A stretch of DNA of 64,000 bases from Fibrobacteria bacterium. GTDB taxonomy: Bacteria; Fibrobacterota; Fibrobacteria; UBA11236. Shown one piece after another: positions 38,812-47,113 of the stretch. The notes under the pieces are model-generated. The model was given only the letters and a program-made list of their open reading frames with translations, ran no database searches and was not told the DNA's origin. Numbering within the stretch: the first letter of the stretch is position 1; every line of letters starts with the position of its first letter. The position numbers and the translations under genes are program-made. The stretch lies in the NCBI GenBank assembly GCA_041746255.1, contig JBGTHM010000125.1, positions 32,001 through 96,000 of the forward strand. The letters are read 5' to 3'.

Positions 38812-41800
38812 GGCTGCGCGCCTATCTCGGGCTGCGGAGGATTAGCCTCGTTCTTGGCGGCCAGCAGTTCTATCCAAAATCGGCTTCCACCCCCCGGTTC
38901 CGACTCGAGGCCGTAACGGCCTTTCATTTTTTCGATGCCTTTGCGGACGATTGCCAGGCCGATTCCGTTTCCCGGATAGGTTTCCTGTCCATGCAACCTC
39001 TCAAAAACCTGGAAGATATGTTTATGATGCTGCACGGGAATGCCGATGCCATTGTCTTCAATGCGTAGGCAAACCCAGGGGCCATAGGTTTCGGAGGCGA
39101 TGCGCAACTTGGGCGTCATGTCGGGAAGGGTGAATTTGATGGCATTGGAGATTAGATTGGCCAATACTTGCACCAAAGTTAAATGGTGGGCCTTCACTTC
39201 AGGAAACGGATTGCGGAACTCAATTACGGCATGCTTTTCCGCAATTTCCTGTTGCAATTGATCAAGGGCTTCCTTTAGCGCCGTTTCCAAGTTTACGGTT
39301 TCCATGGACATATCGGAGCGGCTCAGCCGGCTATACCCCAATAAATCCTGGATCAAGATGTCCATCCGTTTGGCGGCCGAAACGATACGTTCGGCGAATT
39401 CCCTGGCTTTGGGATCCATGGAAGGGGCGTAATCTTCTATCAGCACCTGGGCGAATCCCTGCACGGTCCGTAACGGGGCGCGCAAGTCGTGGGAGACCGA
39501 ATAGGAAAAAGCCTCCGCCTCCTTCATGGCCTCCCTTAATTCGTTCTCCGTGCGTTGTCTGTGACCGGCTTCCTGATTCAGGTTCTCATTCAAGCGGGTT
39601 AGTTGGACGATTCGGGTCCTGAGTTCATCATTCAGCCTAAGCACCTCCGCCGCCGAGTTCCTGTTCGCGGTAACGTCTTCCAGGGAAAGCAGGGTGAGCG
39701 CCCGGGGAATGGTTTTACCCTCGAGGCGGCGGGCGTTGATGAGGAGAATACGTTTTCCGATTTGGGGAAAGGTTTGTTCCCACTCAAAATCTTGCAGCTG
39801 TCCCCCTTGGGGAAGGGATTCGCGCAATAACCGGAAAAGAGGAGCCATTTCTTCCGGGGTACGCGCCAGTCGGTGCAAGGGTTGCTGCACCAGATTTTCG
39901 TGGGAAATGCGGAACAGGTTCTTGAAGGCCGGATTGGCCGCTTGAATCAATAGGTCGTCGTCCAGAACCAGCAAAGGAGTACGCGTGGTTTCCACGATGG
40001 CTTCCGCGAAATTTCGGGCCTCCTGAAGCTGCTCCACTCCGCGACGCATGGCATCAATGTCGATGAAAATCAGCACGGCCCCATCCAGTTTGTTTTCGGA
40101 GGTTTTATAAGGCCGGATTCGCAGCAAGAACCATTTCCCGGCCTGGTCGCGAACCTCTAATTCTTTTTCGCCTATGCTATCAATGACCTCGGTCAAGACT
40201 TCCTGGAGATTGGGTATTTCCATCCGCAGGTTCAGGTCTCCGATAGGGCGTCCCAAGTCGGCGGGAATGAGATTGAAAGCCTTTTCGGCCATGGGAGTAT
40301 AGCGCCGGATGCGTAAAGTCCTTTCCAGCATGATAATCGCCACATTGACGCTGGAGAGAAGATTGACCATATCGTTATTGACATGGGTCAGTTCGGAATT
40401 CCGGTTTTGCAACTCATCGTTGAGGGTGGTCAGTTCCTCATTGCTGGATTGCAGTTCTTCCTTGGCCGTCTCCATTTCCTCATTGGTGCTTTGCAGCTCC
40501 TCGTTGCTGGAAAGGATTTCTTCATTGGCCGACTTCAATTCTTCGAATGTGGCTTCCTGTTCTTCAATGATGGATTGAAGGTATTCCTTGGCGGAGCTGA
40601 GTTCCTCTTGCAAGGCCTTGACCCGACTTTCCGCCTCTTTGCCGGGAAGTTCAACCGGGCTCTTGGTCAGGCTTTTCTTTTTGCCCTTGCCTTTGAAACC
40701 GAAATCCTGGGTTTCTTCGAAGAGCACCAGAAAAAACGCCTCGTGCCGGGGCAAGACCTTAATGGGTATGACCACTAGTGTGACGGTAGAGGAAAATTTG
40801 GCATCAAAGCGCAACCCCTCTTTGGATATCGGGGTATTTTCGCGGATGGCGCTTTCCACGGTTCGGCGTACTTCGAGAAGTAGCGAAGGTTTGACCATCT
40901 TCAAAAGGTCGAGGCTGGGCGTTCCCGAGGCTGGTTCCAGAAATTTACCGGTTTGTCCCCGGAAATGGAGGATTTCCATTTGTCTGTTAATGACCACGCC
41001 GGGAGGCGCGTATTTGGCAAGGATGATCTTTTCCGCTTCTCGGCCAATATCCCTTCCGGGAAGGGGGGTACGGTCCTCGGAAGGGGGAAGGACGGAGGCA
41101 TGGTGCAAAAAAGCGGTGGAGGACAGATTCATGTGCAATTGGGAACTGGTGCTTCCGGCTTTTCTCCGGAACAGCTTGCATTTTCTACCCACCGGTTCGA
41201 ACAAATCCGTGAACTGGCCTACCGATTCCGAATTGCCCAGCAGCAAGTAGCCATTGGGTTGCAAGGCGTAATGAAAAGCCGGAAACACCCGTTTTTGCAA
41301 GTGGGAGTTGAAATAGATGAGCAGGTTCCTACAGCTTATCAAGTCCATTTTCGAAAAAGGGTGATCGCGCGTGATATCGTGGCGGGCGAACACGCACATG
41401 TCGCGGATATGCTTGCTGATTTGATAATGGGAATCGGTTTTGCTGAAAAACCGCCGCAACCTGTCTTTGGAAACGTCCAGGGAGATATTTTCGATATACC
41501 TGCCCTTGCGGGCCTTATCGAGAACAACTTCGCTCACATCGGTGGCGAAAATCTGGATGGACGTATTGGTGGCCATATCACCCAGATGCTCCACCAGATA
41601 GATTGCCAAGGAAAAAGCCTCCTCGCCGGTGGAACAGCCCGGTACCCAAATGCGGATCGGGGTATTTCGATTTTTCTTTTTAATCAATTCGGAAAATACC
41701 GTGGTTTTAAGAAATTCGAAACATTCGGTATCCCGAAAAAAATGAGTCACCTTGATGAGTAAGTCTTGATAGAGCGCTTCCATTTCGGAAGGATCGCGCA

Positions 41801-42650
41801 ACACAAGTTCCGTATATTTTTTCAAGCTATCCAGCCGGTGCAGCAGCATTCGCCTTAATACCCGGCGGCGAATGGTGTTTTGTTTGTACTGGGCGAAATC
41901 GACGCCGTGAACGGAAAATAATTTATCGAAAATCGTCCGAAGATGGGAAAGGTCTTGGTCCGACAGGGCGGAAGTTTCGGAATCTTCTGAGGGAGCAAAT
42001 TTTTTCTCTCTGAGTTCCTTTCCCAGCCCTACCATTCTTTCGGCAATCGCCCGGGGCGGCAAGACGAAATCCACGGTGCCCGTGGACAATCCGTTGCGAG
42101 GCATGGATTGGAATTTGGCGGTCTCGTCTTGAACGAAAACAATTCCATTGGCCGCCTTGATATCGTGCAAGGCTAGGGAACCGTCGGAGCCCGCACCGGA
42201 AAGGAGGATGGCAATCGATTGCGAACCGAAGGCGCGGGCCTGGGAGCGCAAGAAAATATCGATGGGCATGGTTTGAATGTGTGAGTCGGGCCGGGCCAGG
42301 AGGAAACGGCCTTCCGAGGAAATTTCCATGGTTTTGCCCGGTGGAATCACGTAAATATGATTCGCTTGCAAACGCATTTTCTCCTTCACCTCAAGTACCG
42401 GTATGGCCGTAGCTTTTTGCAATAAGGGCGGGAGCAGGCTTTCATCGCGGGATAGCATGTGCTGGATGATTACGAAGGCCATGCCGCTTTGAGCGGGCAG
42501 GTATTTCAGCAGTTCCAGCAGGGGTTCCAAGCCCCCGGCGGAGGAGCCGATGGAGACCAGGGGAAAGGATGGGAAATCGGCGGATTTGGATACGGTTTTT
42601 GTTGGGCGGGGCCGCGCGGGAGCAGCTGTTTTTTTCTTTTTAGTTGCCAT
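38808..42650 (-). CDS. CheB-CheR-PAS-histidine kinase fusion
   Basis: CheB triad motifs GSSAGG, IQH and GSDG; CheR WVPGCSTGEE and ISCRNLLIYF; ELQSxNEE heptads; PAS; SHDLRAPLR; HATPase. Confidence 0.93.
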   Translation of the reverse strand: MATKKKKTAAPARPRPTKTVSKSADFPSFPLVSIGSSAGGLEPLLELLKYLPAQSGMAFVIIQHMLSRDESLLPPLLQKATAIPVLEVKEKMRLQANHIYVIPPGKTMEISSEGRFLLARPDSHIQTMPIDIFLRSQARAFGSQSIAILLSGAGSDGSLALHDIKAANGIVFVQDETAKFQSMPRNGLSTGTVDFVLPPRAIAERMVGLGKELREKKFAPSEDSETSALSDQDLSHLRTIFDKLFSVHGVDFAQYKQNTIRRRVLRRMLLHRLDSLKKYTELVLRDPSEMEALYQDLLIKVTHFFRDTECFEFLKTTVFSELIKKKNRNTPIRIWVPGCSTGEEAFSLAIYLVEHLGDMATNTSIQIFATDVSEVVLDKARKGRYIENISLDVSKDRLRRFFSKTDSHYQISKHIRDMCVFARHDITRDHPFSKMDLISCRNLLIYFNSHLQKRVFPAFHYALQPNGYLLLGNSESVGQFTDLFEPVGRKCKLFRRKAGSTSSQLHMNLSSTAFLHHASVLPPSEDRTPLPGRDIGREAEKIILAKYAPPGVVINRQMEILHFRGQTGKFLEPASGTPSLDLLKMVKPSLLLEVRRTVESAIRENTPISKEGLRFDAKFSSTVTLVVIPIKVLPRHEAFFLVLFEETQDFGFKGKGKKKSLTKSPVELPGKEAESRVKALQEELSSAKEYLQSIIEEQEATFEELKSANEEILSSNEELQSTNEEMETAKEELQSSNEELTTLNDELQNRNSELTHVNNDMVNLLSSVNVAIIMLERTLRIRRYTPMAEKAFNLIPADLGRPIGDLNLRMEIPNLQEVLTEVIDSIGEKELEVRDQAGKWFLLRIRPYKTSENKLDGAVLIFIDIDAMRRGVEQLQEARNFAEAIVETTRTPLLVLDDDLLIQAANPAFKNLFRISHENLVQQPLHRLARTPEEMAPLFRLLRESLPQGGQLQDFEWEQTFPQIGKRILLINARRLEGKTIPRALTLLSLEDVTANRNSAAEVLRLNDELRTRIVQLTRLNENLNQEAGHRQRTENELREAMKEAEAFSYSVSHDLRAPLRTVQGFAQVLIEDYAPSMDPKAREFAERIVSAAKRMDILIQDLLGYSRLSRSDMSMETVNLETALKEALDQLQQEIAEKHAVIEFRNPFPEVKAHHLTLVQVLANLISNAIKFTLPDMTPKLRIASETYGPWVCLRIEDNGIGIPVQHHKHIFQVFERLHGQETYPGNGIGLAIVRKGIEKMKGRYGLESEPGGGSRFWIELLAAKNEANPPQPEIGAQP

Positions 42651-42958
42651 TAAAAAACCTATTGAACGCCCGGGATTAGGTGCGGTACCGTCACTTCATA
42701 ATGAAGAACGCATTGTTCCTAAAAGGCTTAATGTGAAACCGATACCCACCCAAAGTTATCGTGCTCGCGAGGAAGACGTTTTAAGTCTAATTTCGCGAAT
42801 CCAATTCTGGAATCCACTCCGCCAGATTTAAGTAAAACTAACTTTTCACAAACGGTAATGCAGTACTTTTCAACAAAATGTCAAAAAGTCTTTCCACGAA
42901 TAAGTCGTTGATTTCAACAACTTATTCACAAATTGCGCATGGATATCGTTTTTGGGCT

Positions 42959-45900
42959 TTAAGCTTCTGTGTTGGTTGCATCCACTGGAGTAGAAGCCTG
43001 AGAAACTGTTTTCTCGTGAGAACAGGCGTTGCGAAACCGCTCCCATATATACTCGGATTGCGCGCGCGGTACGGGGCCGATTCGCCTCCATCTGCGATTG
43101 AGATCGCGGATGCGATCTTGGGTTTCTTCCGGTGACAGCGATTGCTCCGCAAGCTTTTCCGCTTCTTCGATGATCTCCAATTTCATGTCCAGGTTTTCCG
43201 CAGGATTTTCCTCTTTCAAGCCCAGAGCCTTTCTGCGGGCGGCGAAAAAATCATCACATGCGGCGCGGAAGCGATTCCAAATCGCGTCGCTTTTTTCCCG
43301 TGACACGGGGCCGATTCCGCGCCATGCGCGTTGACAGTTTTTTACTCTCTCAGCGGCCTCATCCCAATTCATATCGGGATTGTGAAGGTTTTTTCCGAAG
43401 TTTTCGGAAAGTTTGGACAATTGCCAAGCCATGCGCGCCTGCGTTTCTTCTTCGTTCAGTTCGCGGCCACTTAACATTTCGATTTCGAAGCACAGGTCTT
43501 CCTTTTTCTTCAAATTAGCTTCCCGGTCTTCGTCCCGCTGTGCAGCATTGGTTTTGAGATTTCCGAAAAAGGCGTCGCAGGCGCTGCGAAAGCGAAGCCA
43601 CAATTGCCGGTCGATTTCCCGCGGCGCTGGGCCTAAAGTGCGCCACTTCTCCTGCAAACTTTTGAAGCGCTCGGAGGTTTCTTTCCAATTGTTGGAATCG
43701 ATCATGGCTTCGGCTTCGGCGCAAAGCTCCTCTTTAGCCGTCTGGTTGTCAGCCATCACGGATTTCCGTTGTTCATAAAAGGTATCGCAGGCTTTGCGGA
43801 AACGCTGCCACAGCTCCTCTTCGGCTTCGCGGGGGGCGGGCCCAGTCTCCTTCCAGGCGGCTTGCACCTCACGCACGCGATTGAATTTATCCTTGTCGGA
43901 TTCCAATTCGTCGAGAGATTCGACAAGACGTACGAATTCCTCTTTCTTGACCTGATTGGCCGGTCTTTCGGCATCCATGTGTTCCAGGTATTGGTTGCGG
44001 GCCGTGAAAAATTTCTCGCAGGCGCCGTGAAAGCGCGCCCAGAGGGCTTCCGCCTTATCGCGGGGAACCGGACCGGCGGATTTCCATTGTTCCTGGAGTT
44101 CCTTGATTTTGGCAGCCGTCGCGCGCCAATCGGTGGAGTCCTGAAGCGATTCGGCCGTTTCACATAATTCTGTTTTCCGGGCCAGGTTGGCTTGCTGAAA
44201 CGCATCCCGGGTATCGTAAAAGGCTTTGCAAGCACTCCGATATCGGCTCCACAATGCATCGGTATGTTCTTTGGGCACCGCTCCCAGGGCCTTCCAAGCG
44301 CTTTGCGCCTCGCGCACGGTTTCCATGGCTTCACGCCAATCCTCGGCGTTGGCCATAGCTTCGATTTTAGCGCATAACTCTTCCTTGGCTTTGAGATTGC
44401 TCTCGCGCTCTTCGTCCAATTCGGCGAAGTATTCCTTACAGCGCTCGTATATCGTATCGCAAACCTGGTGGTAGCGTTCCCACAGGGCTTCGGAACTGTC
44501 CCAGGGAACGTGCCCCAGCGATTTCCATTGACCCGTGAGTTCGCGGAAGCGCGCCACCAGTATCTTTTTATCCTCGGTTTGCTGTAATTCTTCCAGCGCG
44601 GCGCAGATTTGTTGTTTGCCTTGGAGATTGGACCAACGCAGCCAGTCCAGCGCTTCGCGCAGCCTGTCCGTTATGGACCGATACCGGGTCTGCAATTTTT
44701 CATAATCTTCCGGCGATACCGGCCCTGCGTCTTTCCAGACTTGGTTTAAGCGCTTGAAATCTTTTTCGGCCGCCAGGAGATCATGGCTGTCGACCAAGTC
44801 TTCCATTTGCGACAGCAGTTCTTCGCGTTTGCGGGTAGTTGCGTCGAAAGAATTCTTCAACAGGGAAGACGCTTCCGAAATGGCGGCATGGAATTTTTGT
44901 TCCAACTCCGGATCGGTTCCGGCGCCGGGGAGGGATGCCAAGCGCGACCATTCGCCTTGTAGGTTTTCCAGGGTTCTACCGAGGTCGGCATGCTTGTCGG
45001 AGGGGGAGTCCGTGGATGGATTGCGTAGAGTCTGAGCCAGGGTTTCGGCGGCGATTCGCAAGCCTCCCCGAATATCCTGGGCCTCCTGTAACGTTTGGCT
45101 TTCCTTGGCTTCACGGGCTTGTTGCCGGGATCGGTTTTCCAGGGCGGTAATGGCTTGGGAAAACCGCTTCCGCAAGGAGTCGTCTTCCGGGTTGGCCGTG
45201 TCCGCGGCAGGGATCGCGTTCCATTGTCGCCGTATGCCGCTGAGGCGCTCCGCTGAGCTGCCATCGTCTTCGATATCTGCAAGCGACTCAAGCTCTTCGC
45301 AAATCCGGGTCTTGGCTTCTCTGGAAGCTTGTTCACGCCTCTCTTTTTCCTGAACCAGGATTTTTTCCTTTTTATAGAGGAATAAGCCCGTTTCAAAAAC
45401 CTGGCGATTTCTAGCCAAGCGTTCACTTTGCTCGGAAGTAAGGTCGATTCCTTCGGTTTCCAATTGGGCAATGGCTTTTTGCGCTTCTTCCACTTGTTCG
45501 GAAAGCGGTTCCCATGCTAAGGCATGCAGGCTATCGGAAAAGCCCGAGGCCTTTTCCGCTTGTTCGGCGGCTTTCTCAATGACCTGAAGGGCCAGCTCCA
45601 TTTTGGCTTTATCGATGTTTCCGCGGTTCATTTTGGCCGCTTCTTTTTCGCGGAGCTTGAGTTTTTCCTTGGCGCCCAGCCGCACCGCTTTCAATTTGGC
45701 GTTGCGACCGAGGTTTTCCAATTGTCCCGATTGCCCGACTTTGGCGAGGGCTTTCAATGCGAGGGCCTCGTCGGTTTCCGCCATGGCCAGGTTATAAAAT
45801 GCGCCGGCGCGCGTTACGCGCGCGAAGGCGTTGCGCCTTACTTCCAAAGACTGTGCGTTGACGGCGACGTCTTCCACGGATTTGGGATCGGTTATTTGCG

Positions 45901-46216
45901 CAAGCACGGCCAGGCGCTTTTGCAAGGCTTCGGGTGAAGCGGCTTCGGTCTTGGCCTCATCGGTGCGCAGGGAAGTGAGTTTCTTACGCGCCCACTCCTG
46001 AATTGATTTTTCCTGGCTTTTTTCAAGCAGGGCCGTCAGCTTGTTGATATCGGTCAATTTACGGGCTGCTGTCATTCTATTGGCCGGTTCGGCGGCTTCG
46101 AGCGCGACGGTCAGAAGCAGGCTTTGCTGTTCGGAATCCATGGCGTAAATCGCGGCCGCGCGAACGGCGGGATTGCTGTGTTTCCATTGCGGCTTGAAAA
46201 AATCGGTGAAACCCAT
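42959..46216 (-). CDS. DUF349 repeat-containing helical protein
   Basis: FKPQWKH N-terminus; many repeats of K.ELC..AE...W...L...WK..GP.P....LW.RF..AC..F. Confidence 0.9.
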   Translation of the reverse strand: MGFTDFFKPQWKHSNPAVRAAAIYAMDSEQQSLLLTVALEAAEPANRMTAARKLTDINKLTALLEKSQEKSIQEWARKKLTSLRTDEAKTEAASPEALQKRLAVLAQITDPKSVEDVAVNAQSLEVRRNAFARVTRAGAFYNLAMAETDEALALKALAKVGQSGQLENLGRNAKLKAVRLGAKEKLKLREKEAAKMNRGNIDKAKMELALQVIEKAAEQAEKASGFSDSLHALAWEPLSEQVEEAQKAIAQLETEGIDLTSEQSERLARNRQVFETGLFLYKKEKILVQEKERREQASREAKTRICEELESLADIEDDGSSAERLSGIRRQWNAIPAADTANPEDDSLRKRFSQAITALENRSRQQAREAKESQTLQEAQDIRGGLRIAAETLAQTLRNPSTDSPSDKHADLGRTLENLQGEWSRLASLPGAGTDPELEQKFHAAISEASSLLKNSFDATTRKREELLSQMEDLVDSHDLLAAEKDFKRLNQVWKDAGPVSPEDYEKLQTRYRSITDRLREALDWLRWSNLQGKQQICAALEELQQTEDKKILVARFRELTGQWKSLGHVPWDSSEALWERYHQVCDTIYERCKEYFAELDEERESNLKAKEELCAKIEAMANAEDWREAMETVREAQSAWKALGAVPKEHTDALWSRYRSACKAFYDTRDAFQQANLARKTELCETAESLQDSTDWRATAAKIKELQEQWKSAGPVPRDKAEALWARFHGACEKFFTARNQYLEHMDAERPANQVKKEEFVRLVESLDELESDKDKFNRVREVQAAWKETGPAPREAEEELWQRFRKACDTFYEQRKSVMADNQTAKEELCAEAEAMIDSNNWKETSERFKSLQEKWRTLGPAPREIDRQLWLRFRSACDAFFGNLKTNAAQRDEDREANLKKKEDLCFEIEMLSGRELNEEETQARMAWQLSKLSENFGKNLHNPDMNWDEAAERVKNCQRAWRGIGPVSREKSDAIWNRFRAACDDFFAARRKALGLKEENPAENLDMKLEIIEEAEKLAEQSLSPEETQDRIRDLNRRWRRIGPVPRAQSEYIWERFRNACSHEKTVSQASTPVDATNTEA

Positions 46217-46513
46217 GTATGACTCCTTGAAAAGACAGAGGACGGCCCGGCATGCATGCCCGCCGTTAAGGCGGTTTTAGGCCGCCCGGGGTAAATTCGT
46301 TGGTCTACAGTGTAAAAATTGCGGACAGCCCTGAAAAGGCGTGAAAAGGGGAAAGTCAGGTGATATTTGAGATTTCGCTGTGACCACCGTCATTGAACCA
46401 TGTGGGGAGGGGACTTATGTTTCACCCCTGAGACAGTTCAAGGCTCTGGATTATTGTAGGCAGCCCTCAATACCGGGTGGATGCCGCCACTTTCTGGACT
46501 CAAACCGGGGACA

Positions 46514-47113
46514 ATGACTAAAGGAATCTGGATTATCCTTATGTGCCTTTTCGGGGTTTCCTTTCCCTATGGAGAACTCTCTCTCGTCGCACCCGATGGC
46601 AGGCTTGACGGGGCTGCCGTCAATTTGATGTTTCACGAAGGTGAGCTCGAGCCTTTGGCTGACCGCCTTGAAGCTTACCTGAAGGTCACTCCCGAAAGTA
46701 ATGAGGAAGATAGGCTGATAGCCTATAAATTTTTGGGGATAATCCACTCTTCGAGACCGGAGTCCCGCCTTAAAGGTGAGAGCTATTTTTACCAAATGCT
46801 TAAAATTGCGCCCAATATTGAATTGGTGCAGCCATATGTTTCCGACCGGATTCAGGAGGTATTCCAGAACGTGAAAAAGGAATACCATAAACGCGAAGCT
46901 CTCACCAAATTGCACGATGAACTGGGTCGTCCGATTGAACTATCGGACTCCATTTCCGAACCGGTAGATAAAAAAAAGGGCAAGCGCAGAATTTGGGCGC
47001 TGGTCGGCGCAGGAGCGGGATTGGCGACTGCAGGGGGTGTCGTTGCCTGGTATATGACGTCTGACAGGGGAAACAAAAAAGCTGACCCTCAGATCATTGA
47101 GGTGGAGCCATGA
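46514..47113 (+). CDS. Hypothetical exported TPR-like protein with a C-terminal Gly-rich hydrophobic segment
   Basis: Signal peptide from ATG 46514; AYKFLGII...GESYFYQML; WALVGAGAGLATAGGVVAWY; overlaps the next gene (ATGA). Confidence 0.7.
   Translation: MTKGIWIILMCLFGVSFPYGELSLVAPDGRLDGAAVNLMFHEGELEPLADRLEAYLKVTPESNEEDRLIAYKFLGIIHSSRPESRLKGESYFYQMLKIAPNIELVQPYVSDRIQEVFQNVKKEYHKREALTKLHDELGRPIELSDSISEPVDKKKGKRRIWALVGAGAGLATAGGVVAWYMTSDRGNKKADPQIIEVEP

Noticed and set aside
40360..40600. 21-bp-period repeats in the CheB/CheR gene
   Set aside because: Coding heptads (ELQSxNE) normal for this family; not a CRISPR array or a DNA-level element.
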